Source: Candidatus Latescibacterota bacterium
GTDB taxonomy: Bacteria; Latescibacterota; UBA2968; GCA-2709665
DNA: 64,000 nucleotides
Direction of reading: 5' to 3'
Assembly (NCBI GenBank): GCA_963662665.2
Contig: CAXXJS010000020.1
Span: 128,001-192,000, forward strand
The notes under the pieces are model-generated. The model was not told where the DNA came from, did no database searches, and worked only from the letters and a program-made list of their open reading frames with translations. Each line of letters starts with the position of its first letter. Position 1 is the stretch's first letter. Positions 28,824 to 39,470 of the stretch are shown here, one piece after another. The position numbers and the translations under genes are program-made.

Positions 28824-31289
28824 ATGAATAGCAGGTTCTCGGATCGGGTGAAGCGGGTGATGCGGCTGGTCCGCGAGGAAGCGGCCCGGCTTGGCAATAA
28901 CCATATAAGCAGCGAGCATCTCTTGCTCGGCATTATCCGGGAGGGTAAGGGTTCGGCCGTCGACGTGATGTTGAATCTGGGATTGAACCTGGACAAGATC
29001 AAACAGTCGATCGATGACTACGTCGCGTATTCGGGCGGGTCGATGACGATGGGTGACGTGCCCTTCACGCCAAGAGCAAAACAGATTCTCGAAATTGCGG
29101 CCACCGAAGCTAAGGAGATGAAGAGCCAGTATGTTCGAACCTGCCATCTGCTGGTGGCTCTGGTGAAAGACAAGGAGACGATTGCCGCGCAGATTCTGGT
29201 GGGATTTGGCGTCGATTACAAGACCGTGAAGGAGGAGGTGATTGCCGTTTTGCAGGGGAAACCAACTGGTAAACGCGAAAAGAAGAAGAGCAAGACCCCC
29301 TATCTGGATCATTTTGGACGCGACCTGACCGAACTGGCGCGCGAGGGCAAGCTGGATCCGGTCATTGGCAGGGAGCGGGAGATTGAACGCGTATCTCAAG
29401 TGCTCAGCCGGCGCAAAAAGAACAACCCAGTACTGATCGGCGAGCCCGGGGTGGGAAAAACGGCGATCGTCGAAGGACTTGCCCAGCGCATCGTGGAGCG
29501 CCGCGTGCCGCAGTTGTTGGCCGACAGACGCATGGTTACGCTGGATATGGGCGGCATGGTCGCGGGAACAAAATACCGCGGCCAGTTTGAAGAGCGCATC
29601 AAGGCGGTTATGAACGAACTCCAGCAGAACAAGGACGTCATTATCTTCATCGACGAGTTGCATACCATCGTCGGGGCCGGAAGCGCCGAGGGAACGCTGG
29701 ACGCCTCGAATATGTTCAAGCCGGCGTTTTCGCGAGGCGAGCTCCAGTGCATCGGCGCCACCACACTGGACGAATACCGCAAATACATCGAAAAGGACGG
29801 CGCGCTGGAACGGCGTTTTCAAACCATTCTGGTCGATTCGCCGTCGCTGGACGACGCTATTGATATCCTTAAGGGCCTGAAGGAGAAATTCGAGGCCCAC
29901 CATCTGGTAACCTATACCCAGGATGCCGTTGAGAGCGCCGTCCGCATGGCCGACCGGTATATCAGCGACCGGCACCTGCCGGACAAGGCAATCGACGTGA
30001 TCGACGAGACAGGATCCCGCGTACGTCTCGGCAGGTTGAACCCGCCTGAGGAAATAAAGACCCTTGAACTCGAAATCGAGGACGTTACGCGGCAGAAGAA
30101 TGCGGCTGCCAACAGCCAGCAATTCGAAGAGGCCGCAAAACTCAGAGACCAGGAACGGAAGCTGAAGGAACAGGTCGATGAAATGCGTCAGGAGTGGGAG
30201 CAAAAGGTTCGTGACGAAGTGGTGGAGGTGACCGAGCAGGATATCGCGGAAGTAATCTCCAGCATGACGGGAATTCCCGCGTTCAGGCTGGCGCAGGAGG
30301 AGTCGGAGAAACTGCTCCGCATGGGAGAGAAGGTGAAGTGCCGCGTGGTCGGACAGGACGAAGCGGTAGACACGGTCTGCCGCTCCATTCGCCGCACGCG
30401 GGCGGGGCTGAAAGACCCGAATCGTCCGATCGGCACGTTTCTCTTTCTGGGACCGACGGGTGTCGGCAAAACCTATCTGGCGCAGGCGCTCGCCAGGTAT
30501 CTGTTCGACGACGAGGAAGCGCTTATCACGGTGGATATGTCGGAGTATATGGAGAAATTCGCGGTCTCGCGGCTTATCGGCGCGCCCCCTGGATACGTGG
30601 GGTACGACGAGGGCGGCCAGCTCACCGAGAAGGTTCGCAGAAAGCCCTATTCGGTGGTTCTGCTTGACGAGATTGAAAAAGCCCATCCGGATGTGTTCAA
30701 CCTGCTCCTGCAGGTCCTCGACGAGGGTCGTCTGACGGATAGCTTCGGCCGGAAGGTAAACTTCAGGAATACCATATTGATCATGACCTCCAATCTCGGA
30801 ACCCGTGACCTGGCGAAGGCCGGCGGGCTCGGATTCAAGCGCTCCGACAAGAAGAGCATGCGTGAAAAAATGGTGGAATGCGTGGAAGAAGAACTCAAAA
30901 AGACGTTCAATCCCGAGTTTCTGAATCGTCTGGACGAGATGGTGGTCTTCAATCCCCTCGAACGAAAAGAGATTATCCAGATCGTCGATCTCGAAATTGC
31001 AGAGATATTGGAGCGCGTCAAGGAGAGGGGTATTTCAATCAGTCTCACTCCGGGGGCCAAAGCGCTTCTGGCGGAAAAGGGGTACGACCCCACTTACGGC
31101 GCGCGTCAACTGAAGCGCACCATACAGAAGCTGGTGGAAGATCCAATGGCTGAAGAGATACTTCAGGGCAAGTACACCGCCGGGAGTGAGGTGCGCGTGA
31201 GCAAGAAGGGTGACGGGCTCCATTTTGTGGATTCCAACGCGGTTGCCGCCGCCAATCAGCAGGTGGTGGATCGTGTTTCAGAGGAATGA
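28824..31289 (+). CDS. clpC: ATP-dependent Clp protease ATPase subunit ClpC
   Basis: Clp N repeats, [16 protein letters not shown] coiled coil ([11 protein letters not shown]), [24 protein letters not shown]. Confidence 0.95.
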   Translation: MNSRFSDRVKRVMRLVREEAARLGNNHISSEHLLLGIIREGKGSAVDVMLNLGLNLDKIKQSIDDYVAYSGGSMTMGDVPFTPRAKQILEIAATEAKEMKSQYVRTCHLLVALVKDKETIAAQILVGFGVDYKTVKEEVIAVLQGKPTGKREKKKSKTPYLDHFGRDLTELAREGKLDPVIGREREIERVSQVLSRRKKNNPVLIGEPGVGKTAIVEGLAQRIVERRVPQLLADRRMVTLDMGGMVAGTKYRGQFEERIKAVMNELQQNKDVIIFIDELHTIVGAGSAEGTLDASNMFKPAFSRGELQCIGATTLDEYRKYIEKDGALERRFQTILVDSPSLDDAIDILKGLKEKFEAHHLVTYTQDAVESAVRMADRYISDRHLPDKAIDVIDETGSRVRLGRLNPPEEIKTLELEIEDVTRQKNAAANSQQFEEAAKLRDQERKLKEQVDEMRQEWEQKVRDEVVEVTEQDIAEVISSMTGIPAFRLAQEESEKLLRMGEKVKCRVVGQDEAVDTVCRSIRRTRAGLKDPNRPIGTFLFLGPTGVGKTYLAQALARYLFDDEEALITVDMSEYMEKFAVSRLIGAPPGYVGYDEGGQLTEKVRRKPYSVVLLDEIEKAHPDVFNLLLQVLDEGRLTDSFGRKVNFRNTILIMTSNLGTRDLAKAGGLGFKRSDKKSMREKMVECVEEELKKTFNPEFLNRLDEMVVFNPLERKEIIQIVDLEIAEILERVKERGISISLTPGAKALLAEKGYDPTYGARQLKRTIQKLVEDPMAEEILQGKYTAGSEVRVSKKGDGLHFVDSNAVAAANQQVVDRVSEE

Positions 31290-31669
31290 ATCGCCGCCTG
31301 GCGCGTGGGGGTTTAACGGTTTTACCCTGGTTTCACTGCGATCATGACCAATTGGGTCCGGACGTACGGCCGGGCCCAATTTTGCCGTACAGGTGATAGC
31401 AGGAACTTTTGTTGTGACGGAGCGTTTGTTCGATTGTGGCGGACCCGGGCACGTGTTGGATATTCCTTAGAAGCTGTTTTAAGATTCCCGGGGAGTTCCC
31501 GAGCGCGAGCGAAAGGGTGTCGGTCAAGGCGGGTGAACGCGTCCATATCTTCAAGATACGGGTGCGTTTGACCAACGCAGACCGACGCTCTTGCAGCCGA
31601 GCGAAGACCGCCGGGGGCTTTAAGACAGTTTCTTAATGTCGCAGGCTGGCGACTCGGAGGCGAACGGCT

Positions 31670-33964
31670 TTGTTGAAAATCCTTTCCGGTTGTTTTCTGG
31701 TGCTGCTGAACCTCTTGTCGCCTCTGGCGGCGGCGGCGCAGGAGGCGCCCGTTATTTTCGAGATCAGAGTTGAGGGCAACCGGATCACGGAAGCATCACT
31801 GATCCGGTTCTCTTCCGGGTTGGCCGAAGGTCAGCGCCTCGTCTTGCCTGATGACCCGCCCCGGGTGATTCGCAATCTCCACCGGTTGAATATATTTTCA
31901 GACATCCAGGTCTACGTCGACACGGACGTGGACGAAGGTGTGGCGGTTGTGATTGTCGTCAAGGAGCATCCCAAGCTGGAAGACGTCGTGTTCGAAGGAA
32001 ACAAGGGGATCAAATCGAAAAAGCTGAAGAAAACGCTGGCTTTCATAGAGAAACAGTGGCTGGCGCCGCATGAAATCAGGCGCGCGGAAAACAAGATCGT
32101 GGATCTGTACAAGGAAGAGGGATACCTCCTTGCCAGCGTCGAAGGTACGCAGGGAGACCCGAATGAAGAAGGTCAGGTTGTTCTCGCGTTCAAAGTGAAC
32201 GAGGGGCGAAAGGTAAAGCTGCGCCGTATTCAGTTCTTTGGCAATCAGGCCTTTGAAGGCAAGAAGCTGCGAAAAACGATGAAAGAGACCAGGCAGGTCG
32301 GGGGAATTCTGCGCCGGAATCAGTTCGCCGAGGATACTTACAGGGAAGATAAGCAGGCGCTGCTGGCGTTTTACCAGTCAAATGGATACCGCAATGCGGA
32401 GATTCTGCGCGACAGCCTTTATTACGACGACGAAAAGGCGAATCTCTTTATTGATCTTTACCTGGATGAAGGGCCCCTGTACAAGTTCGGCGAGGTTACC
32501 TGGGAGGGAAACGAACGCGTCAAGGACGCGGGTATCAAAAGGCTGATTGTTGCCAGGGAAGGTGAGGTGTACAGTTCCGAAAGGAAGAACAAATCCCAGG
32601 AAGAAATCCAGAATCTGTACAGCGATATAGGTCATATCACGGCTTCTGTGGCCATCCAGGAACGATTGGCCGAGACGCCGCACACGATCAACGTGCACTT
32701 TGACATTGTCGAGAACAAACCTTGGAAGATCCGGCAGGTTACTATTTCGGGCAATACCAAGACAAAGGACAGGGTGATCCGAAGAGAACTCTGGATCCGT
32801 CCGGGCCAGACCTTTCGAAGGTCCGGCATTGAACGAAGTGTCCGGAATATCCAGCAGTTGAACTACTTCAGTAACGTGGTGCCGGAACTCAAGCCCGTGG
32901 AGGAGTCATCCGAACTGGATGTGGTTCTGGCGGTGGAGGAGAAGTCTACCGGTACAGCGTCCGTGGGCGCAGGCTACAGCCAGTACGACGGCCTGCTGGG
33001 GACCATCGCGCTGCAGGTTCCGAACTTTATGGGCAACGGCCAGCAACTGGAATTTCAGCTGGAGTTCGGCGACCGGCGCCAGTCGTTCAGGGCCGGATTT
33101 ACGGAACCCTGGTTGTTGAACACGCCTACCAGTCTGTCGGGTCTCCTTTTCAGAACCACCCGGCGGTATTACAGCGGCTTCGACGAACGCAGGCAGGGCG
33201 CCCTGACTACCGTCGGGCGCCGGCTGGTCTGGCCCGACTTCTCACGTGTTTCTATCGGGTACCGGATCGAGCAGGTTGAATTCCGGAATTTCTCCGACGA
33301 CTTCGATGAGAGCGCGGAGTCGTCTTTTCGCGACAACGTGACCAGCAGCGTGAATCTGAACTTTACGCGCAACAGCAGGGACCTGCCCATTTTTGCAACC
33401 AGCGGTACGGTATTCTCCTACTCGCCGACCTTTGCGGGCGGCCCCCTGGGCGGCAATACGGATTTCCTCAAGCACGACTTCATAACAAGCTTCTATTTCC
33501 CGGTCGTCTGGCGGTTTGCGCTGAATCTGAAGACCACCGTTGGTCTTGTGAGGCCGTTCAGCGATTCCGACGTACCTTTCAACGAGCGTTACGTGCCAGG
33601 GGGTGTGAACATCTTCGAAGGCACAATGGTGCGCGGCTATCCGGAGCAATCGCTGGGCCCTCGGGTAAACGGCGTTCCGGACGGAGGGAACTCACAACTG
33701 CTCTTCAACATGGAACTCACCCTTCCGGTCGTGAAGCAGCAGTTTTACGCCCTGGCGTTTGCTGACGCCGGTAACGCGTGGGATAGCATTTCGGAAACGA
33801 GTATTTTTGATCTGAGGCGGTCGGTGGGTGTCGGTTTTCGCATGATAGCGCCGGTTGTGGGTATCATGGGATTTGATTTTGCCTGGGGATTTGACAGGCG
33901 GAGCGTAGACGGCCAAAAGCCACAGATGGTAACCCATTTCCAGTTTGGTCCGCAGTTTTTCTAA
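31670..33964 (+). CDS. bamA: Outer-membrane protein assembly factor BamA
   Basis: Signal peptide, POTRA repeats (GNTKTKDRVIRRE), VRGY motif, barrel ending in aromatic residues (FQFGPQFF). Confidence 0.95.
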   Translation: MLKILSGCFLVLLNLLSPLAAAAQEAPVIFEIRVEGNRITEASLIRFSSGLAEGQRLVLPDDPPRVIRNLHRLNIFSDIQVYVDTDVDEGVAVVIVVKEHPKLEDVVFEGNKGIKSKKLKKTLAFIEKQWLAPHEIRRAENKIVDLYKEEGYLLASVEGTQGDPNEEGQVVLAFKVNEGRKVKLRRIQFFGNQAFEGKKLRKTMKETRQVGGILRRNQFAEDTYREDKQALLAFYQSNGYRNAEILRDSLYYDDEKANLFIDLYLDEGPLYKFGEVTWEGNERVKDAGIKRLIVAREGEVYSSERKNKSQEEIQNLYSDIGHITASVAIQERLAETPHTINVHFDIVENKPWKIRQVTISGNTKTKDRVIRRELWIRPGQTFRRSGIERSVRNIQQLNYFSNVVPELKPVEESSELDVVLAVEEKSTGTASVGAGYSQYDGLLGTIALQVPNFMGNGQQLEFQLEFGDRRQSFRAGFTEPWLLNTPTSLSGLLFRTTRRYYSGFDERRQGALTTVGRRLVWPDFSRVSIGYRIEQVEFRNFSDDFDESAESSFRDNVTSSVNLNFTRNSRDLPIFATSGTVFSYSPTFAGGPLGGNTDFLKHDFITSFYFPVVWRFALNLKTTVGLVRPFSDSDVPFNERYVPGGVNIFEGTMVRGYPEQSLGPRVNGVPDGGNSQLLFNMELTLPVVKQQFYALAFADAGNAWDSISETSIFDLRRSVGVGFRMIAPVVGIMGFDFAWGFDRRSVDGQKPQMVTHFQFGPQFF

Positions 33965-33996
33965 GACAGCTTCCAATCGTCGGAGGGAGATTCAAA

Positions 33997-34569
33997 ATGG
34001 ACTTGAGACATCGCTTCCTGGTTTCCGTTTGCGTTCTGATGGCGTGTCTGGTGGTGGCGTCCACGGCGCGAGCACAGGCGAAGATCGCATTTTTCGATCC
34101 GAATGAGATCCGAACGAAATACAAGCCCTTCCAGGAGGCCGAGAGAGAGTACAACCAGTACGAAGGGGAACTGCAGAAGGAACTCAAGAAGCTTGAGAGT
34201 GCATTGAGAAAGAAGCAGACCACCTTTGAGCGTCAGAAGGTGATGTACATGGAGAATCGGAGGCGGGAAGAGGAGCAGGCGCTGAAGAGGCAAGAGGAGG
34301 AATTGCAGCGGTTCCTTGCCCAGGTTACCGATCCCGAGCGGGGTAAACTGGCGCTTAAACAGCAGGAATTGCTTGCACCTTTGCTGAAACGCGTCAACGA
34401 GGTTATTTCTCTCGTGGCCAAGGAAGACGGTTACGATTTCGTGCTCAATGCGGCTTCCGTGGTGTATTTCAACGAAGACTACAACCTGACGCAGAAGGTT
34501 CTGGACGAATTGAATAGAGAACCGGAGGACGGAGACGAACGGAGAGCCGGCCAGGGTCCGATTCGGTAG
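33997..34569 (+). CDS. skp: Skp/OmpH periplasmic chaperone
   Basis: Signal peptide, KIAFFD, coiled coil, VAKEDGYDFVL..NLTQKVL; directly after bamA. Confidence 0.9.
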   Translation: MDLRHRFLVSVCVLMACLVVASTARAQAKIAFFDPNEIRTKYKPFQEAEREYNQYEGELQKELKKLESALRKKQTTFERQKVMYMENRRREEEQALKRQEEELQRFLAQVTDPERGKLALKQQELLAPLLKRVNEVISLVAKEDGYDFVLNAASVVYFNEDYNLTQKVLDELNREPEDGDERRAGQGPIR

Positions 34570-34608
34570 CGTCCGGTTGCAGGCCGGCGTGGAGGAGGAG
34601 AGCCGTCA

Positions 34609-35040
34609 GTGTTGGACCTCGAAGCGATACAGAGGATCTTGCCTCACAGGTACCCCTTCCTTCTTGTGGACCGGATACTGGAAATGGAACCGGACAGCAG
34701 GGTGGTGGGGATTAAGAACGTCACCGCCAACGAATCGTTCTTCGCCGGACATTTCCCGGGGCGGCCGGTAATGCCGGGCGTGTTGATCGTGGAAGCGCTT
34801 GCGCAAACGGCGGGAGTTTTAATGGGGGACGAGTCCGGCCTGATACCGATGTTTATGGGCATCGATAAGGCCCGGTTCAGACGTCCGGTAACACCGGGAG
34901 ATCAGTTGCGGCTTGAGGTGGAAGTGTTACGCAAAAGGCGGAGTGTGTGCCGCGTGGCCGGCAGGGCATACGTGGACGGCATCCTTGTCGCGGAGGCGGA
35001 AATGATGGCCGCGCTTGTCGCACCGGAAGATATGGGATGA
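34609..35040 (+). CDS. fabZ: 3-hydroxyacyl-ACP dehydratase
   Basis: [38 protein letters not shown]. Confidence 0.96.
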   Translation: MLDLEAIQRILPHRYPFLLVDRILEMEPDSRVVGIKNVTANESFFAGHFPGRPVMPGVLIVEALAQTAGVLMGDESGLIPMFMGIDKARFRRPVTPGDQLRLEVEVLRKRRSVCRVAGRAYVDGILVAEAEMMAALVAPEDMG

Positions 35041-35081
35041 CGTTGGGCGGAACAGGGCAATAAGGCTGAATTCGTTTTCAT

Positions 35082-35104
35082 CGGCGGTCCGGCACGGGCC
35101 GCCG
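35082..35104. terminator. Hairpin between convergent fabZ and aapP
   Basis: CGGCGGTCCG-GCA-CGGGCCGCCG stem (one G-U pair) followed by T-rich sequence. Confidence 0.5.
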
Positions 35105-35111
35105 GTTCTGT

Positions 35112-35891
35112 TTATTGTGACAGAATCTGACTGAGGAACAGTTTTGTCCGGTCGTTTTTTGGATTTTCGAAAAACTCGTCCGGACTATTCTCTTCGATAA
35201 TTCGCCCTTCGTCCATGAAGATAACGCGATTGGCAACGGTTTTTGCAAAACCCATTTCGTGCGTGACCACCAGCATCGTCATGCCGCTTTGTGCGAGCTC
35301 AATCATAACGTCAAGCACTTCTTTGATCATCTCCGGGTCCAGTGCCGAAGTCGGTTCGTCAAATAACATGATCTTCGGGTTCATGCACAAACTGCGAGCG
35401 ATTGCGACGCGTTGCTGTTGACCGCCCGAAAGTTGACCGGGATACTTCGACGCCTGTTCCGGAATCCGTACCCGCTTCAAATACCTCATCGCTATTTCTT
35501 CAGCTTCCTGTCTAGGCAGTTTTCTCGCCCAAATTGGCGCCAGGGTGCAGTTTTCCAGGACTGTAAGATGAGGAAACAGATTAAACTGCTGAAACACCAT
35601 GCCAACTTCCCGCCGGATGTCTGCGATATTCTTTAGATTGTCGGTTAGCGAAATTCCATCAACCGTGATGTGCCCGCGTTGATGTTCCTCCAGGTGGTTG
35701 ATACAGCGGATCAGCGTTGATTTGCCGGAACCCGAGGGACCGCAAATTACGATTCTTTCTCCGCGCTCGACGGTGAGATTGACGTCTTTCAAGACGTGGA
35801 ATCTGCCAAACCACTTGTGCATGTCTGTAATTTCGATCGCAATCCCGTCATCGCGTTCGCTGACGGCTGTGCCTGGTGCGTCATTCGTCAT
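35112..35891 (-). CDS. aapP: General L-amino-acid ABC transporter ATPase
   Basis: [46 protein letters not shown]. Confidence 0.9.
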   Translation of the reverse strand: MTNDAPGTAVSERDDGIAIEITDMHKWFGRFHVLKDVNLTVERGERIVICGPSGSGKSTLIRCINHLEEHQRGHITVDGISLTDNLKNIADIRREVGMVFQQFNLFPHLTVLENCTLAPIWARKLPRQEAEEIAMRYLKRVRIPEQASKYPGQLSGGQQQRVAIARSLCMNPKIMLFDEPTSALDPEMIKEVLDVMIELAQSGMTMLVVTHEMGFAKTVANRVIFMDEGRIIEENSPDEFFENPKNDRTKLFLSQILSQ

Positions 35892-35902
35892 TTGAGAATC
35901 CT

Positions 35903-37021
35903 CTAATCCTTTTTGTAGCCGGTATCCAGCTTGCGTTCAAGGTAGAGCGAATATCGCGACATGGCAAAACATGATATGAAGAAACCCATCGCAACGAATA
36001 TGTACAGTTCAGTCGATAGTCCCTGCCATTTTGAGTCGGCAAGGGCTGCGCGGCCGATTCCGAGAGGATCAAGGAGGCCGACGACGATGACCAGGGTTGT
36101 ATCTTTATACAGTCCGATAAAGGTATTCACGATACCGGGTATGGATATTTTCAGTGCTTGAGGCAATATGATCAACCGAATGCTTTTTGCATAGTTCAGA
36201 CCCAGTGCATCCGCTGCTTCGAATTGTCCCTGCGGAATTGCTGCCAGACCGCCTCGAACAACCTCGGCGATATATGCAGCCGAAAACAAGATCACCATAA
36301 TGATAACGCGAAGTAACAGATCAAAGTACGTACCTGGTGGCATGAAATAATTCAAAAGCGTTGAGGCGACGAACAGCAAAGTGATCAGCGGTACGCCACG
36401 TATAAATTCGATGTACCAGATGCTGAGCGTTTTAACAACCGGCATCGACGAGTGACGTCCCAGGGACAGTGCGATTCCAAGCGGAAGAGAAACGGAAATT
36501 CCGGTCACGCCAATCAGCACTGTCAGCAGGAAACCGCCAAATCTGGATGACTCGACGTGTTCCAGTCCAAACCACCCACCCCACAGCATACAGAACGCGA
36601 ATACCGGATAGATCAATGTAAACCAGAGCCAATATTTCCGCCCTTTGACGCGGTCATACAGTAGCGGAATCAGGGCGACGAAAAGCAACACAAACGTCAG
36701 ATTGACTCGCCAGCGCAAATGCTCCGGATAAAATCCGTACATAAACTGATCGAATCGTATCCGCACAACCGACCAGCAAGCACCCCCTCCGATTTCCCGA
36801 CATTCTCTTCGGTGTTCGACTTCTGCAAATACAGCGTCGAAAAACATCCAATTGGCAATGGGCGGGATAATCTCGTATAGCAAGTAGATCGACAACGCTG
36901 TCAGTACGATATCGACCGGGCTCGAAAACAAATTTCCGCGAATCCAACCCACTACACCAACCTGGGTTCTCGGTGGCGGCAATTCTCGATGTATATCCTG
37001 CTCAGGTGAACTCTGCGTCAT
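35903..37021 (-). CDS. aapM: General L-amino-acid ABC permease
   Basis: [44 protein letters not shown]. Confidence 0.88.
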   Translation of the reverse strand: MTQSSPEQDIHRELPPPRTQVGVVGWIRGNLFSSPVDIVLTALSIYLLYEIIPPIANWMFFDAVFAEVEHRRECREIGGGACWSVVRIRFDQFMYGFYPEHLRWRVNLTFVLLFVALIPLLYDRVKGRKYWLWFTLIYPVFAFCMLWGGWFGLEHVESSRFGGFLLTVLIGVTGISVSLPLGIALSLGRHSSMPVVKTLSIWYIEFIRGVPLITLLFVASTLLNYFMPPGTYFDLLLRVIIMVILFSAAYIAEVVRGGLAAIPQGQFEAADALGLNYAKSIRLIILPQALKISIPGIVNTFIGLYKDTTLVIVVGLLDPLGIGRAALADSKWQGLSTELYIFVAMGFFISCFAMSRYSLYLERKLDTGYKKD

Positions 37022-37025
37022 CAGT

Positions 37026-38183
37026 TCATCGCTCCACCAGTGAAATTCTCTTGTTGTACCAGTTCATAAACGCGGATATCGACAAAGAAATGGTAAGATA
37101 AATGGCCAGCACAATGGACATGCATTCCAATGCACGGCCAGTCTGGTTAAGCGAAATACCGCCAATAGTTGCCACCACGTCCATATACCCGACTGCGATA
37201 GCAAGAGATGAATTCTTGGTTAAATTGAGATACTGGCTGATCAAGGGTGGGACGATCGTCCGCAGCGCTTGCGGCAATATGATCAGCCGCATGGTGAAAT
37301 TCGGCTTAATTCCCAGTGCGTAAGCGGCTTCGGTCTGGCCGTAACTGACGGCTAGAATACCGGCTCTGACAATTTCAGCGATGAAAGCCCCCGTATAAAC
37401 CCCCAGCGCAAGTGTTAACGCGAGAAACTCCGGACTCAGGACCAAACCGCCTTTAAAGTTGAACTTTTGCAACGCAGCAAATTCGAATTCAACCGGAAAC
37501 CCGAGAAGCCAAAACGCCAGCAGAGGAAGCGCAATGATCATTGAGACGTTGGTCCAGTACACCGGATACCGTTGTCCGGTCAGTTCCTGCTTCTGTTTTG
37601 CGTACCGGTAAAAGTAACAGGCGCCCCCAATGGCAGCAATCAGCACCGCAATAACACCCCAAAATACCGGTTCAATTATCGGTTTCGGCGAATAGACACC
37701 GCGATTGGTCAGAAAAAACATATCGTACGCCGATACAGCCTGCCTGGGGTGAGGCAGGCTGTGAACAATCACCCCGTGACACAATAATATCCACAGAAGA
37801 ACCGGAACATTACGGCTGAATTCAACGAACAAGTACGAAATCTTATTGACCAGAAAGTTTGAGGACAGGCGCGCGACACCCGCCGTAAATCCAATTAAGG
37901 TTGCGAGTATGATACCAAAAAAAGCAACCAAAGCCGTATTGATGACACCGACGATGGTCGCTCGAAGATGGGTGCTGCGCGAATCGTATTCGATCAGATG
38001 TTGGTTGATGTCGTAGTTGGATGGTGTGAACAGAAATGCGTAACTGACGTCTCTGCCAATCAGTTCGAGATTGTAGAGCGTATTGCGAACCACGAAACCC
38101 AGCAGCGACAGTACGACGATGATCGCAATGATCTGAATGATCAGTTGCCGAGGCTTTTTTTCACGCCAGAGGTTTCCCAGCAT
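37026..38183 (-). CDS. aapQ: General L-amino-acid ABC permease
   Basis: GVARLSSN, RNVPVLL, AFIAEIVRAGI..GQTEAA, QYLNLTKNSSLAIAVGY. Confidence 0.88.
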   Translation of the reverse strand: MLGNLWREKKPRQLIIQIIAIIVVLSLLGFVVRNTLYNLELIGRDVSYAFLFTPSNYDINQHLIEYDSRSTHLRATIVGVINTALVAFFGIILATLIGFTAGVARLSSNFLVNKISYLFVEFSRNVPVLLWILLCHGVIVHSLPHPRQAVSAYDMFFLTNRGVYSPKPIIEPVFWGVIAVLIAAIGGACYFYRYAKQKQELTGQRYPVYWTNVSMIIALPLLAFWLLGFPVEFEFAALQKFNFKGGLVLSPEFLALTLALGVYTGAFIAEIVRAGILAVSYGQTEAAYALGIKPNFTMRLIILPQALRTIVPPLISQYLNLTKNSSLAIAVGYMDVVATIGGISLNQTGRALECMSIVLAIYLTISLSISAFMNWYNKRISLVER

Positions 38184-38277
38184 AACTCACGCGGAAATAC
38201 TGTCGATGAATTGATTTTGTGTTCGGCTCGAACACTGATGGCGCATGAGTTTGCATGCACCATCTGCATAAACTAAC

Positions 38278-39303
38278 TTAACGGTATGGAGGGGCGTATA
38301 ACAGGCCACCATCGGTCCACAGAGCATTTACACCTCTTTCAAGTCCGATGTCGGTGTTCACTCCGAGGTATTGTTCGAATATCTGGCCGTAGTTGCCAAC
38401 CGAAGAAATGACGTTAACAACCCAGTCGGCACTCAATCCGAGCATTGCGCCGTATTCGCCTTCAGAGCCGAGCATTCTGCTGATTTCAGCGTCTTTGCTC
38501 ATCTGACCGGCCATTTCAGCGACGTTGTCTGAAGTTATCCCCTTTTCTTCGGCGATGATCAGGACGTTCAGTACCCAGCGAACCACGTCGCCCCATTCAT
38601 CATCGCCGTGTCGAACGAGTGGCCCCAGGGGTTCTTTGGATACGATTTCAGGCAGAACAACGTGGTCATCCGGATTGTCAAAAGCCGCACGGGTTGCGGC
38701 AAGTCCCGAACGGTCCGTCGTATAGACGTCGCATCGCCCGCTAAGGTAGTTCTGACGTGCTTCTTCATTCGATTCAATTGGAACGGGCTCGTAGTTCATT
38801 TCGTTACGACGGAAAAAATCGGCCAGATTCAGTTCCGTAGTCGTACCAGTCTGAATACACACCGAAGCGCCATCGAGTTCGGTTGCGCTGGACACACCCA
38901 ACGATGCGGGAACCATAAACCCTTGTCCGTCGTAGAAACTCACTCCGAGAAAAGTCAGTTTGAGATCAACGTCTCGACTGTACGTCCACGTCGTGTTTCT
39001 GGAAAGTATGTCAATTTCACCTGCTTTAAGCGCCTCAAAGCGGGTCTTTCCAGTCAAGTTGGTGTATTTGACCTTTGATGCGTCACCAAATACCGCTGCT
39101 GCAACACCCTCGCAAAGCGCGACGTCAAATCCTCTCCAGTTACCTTGATCGTCGGTAAAAGCAAAGCCCGCCAACCCTGTATTGATACCACATTGAAGGT
39201 GACCTTTTGCCCGTACGTCCTCAAGTGTGCCTGCCTGACTATGCCCGGTTATTGCAAACCCGGCCAGAGCAAGTATAATCGAACGAATCTTGATCAGTTT
39301 CAT
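38278..39303 (-). CDS. aapJ: General L-amino-acid ABC substrate-binding protein
   Basis: Signal peptide, TLEDVRAKG.LQCG, LSRNTTWT.SRD, YDGQGF, GTTTELN, SKEPLGP, GGLLYAPP. Confidence 0.92.
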   Translation of the reverse strand: MKLIKIRSIILALAGFAITGHSQAGTLEDVRAKGHLQCGINTGLAGFAFTDDQGNWRGFDVALCEGVAAAVFGDASKVKYTNLTGKTRFEALKAGEIDILSRNTTWTYSRDVDLKLTFLGVSFYDGQGFMVPASLGVSSATELDGASVCIQTGTTTELNLADFFRRNEMNYEPVPIESNEEARQNYLSGRCDVYTTDRSGLAATRAAFDNPDDHVVLPEIVSKEPLGPLVRHGDDEWGDVVRWVLNVLIIAEEKGITSDNVAEMAGQMSKDAEISRMLGSEGEYGAMLGLSADWVVNVISSVGNYGQIFEQYLGVNTDIGLERGVNALWTDGGLLYAPPYR

Positions 39304-39470
39304 CTACAATCTCCTCACCGTAGGTTAACTTGCATAAACCCGCAGATCATTGACATGCAGCGAGTATGGCTCGAATAGTATACGAAGGCCAGTCATCTTT
39401 ACCAAGTCGAAAAGCAGCGATCAGCCGTCAGTCAAACCTCCCCCCGGCCCCGCGCTCCCACGGAGATCCT

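Noticed and set aside
28797-30686. 629-aa minus-strand ORF, and similarly 40691-42085, 51846-53351, 53388-55145 and 25298-26407
   Set aside because: Antisense to well-supported genes, no recognisable motifs, and expected in high-GC DNA.
31290-31669. 380-nt intergenic region between clpC and bamA as an ncRNA or small gene
   Set aside because: No recognisable RNA family, convincing ORF or repeat could be supported by eye.
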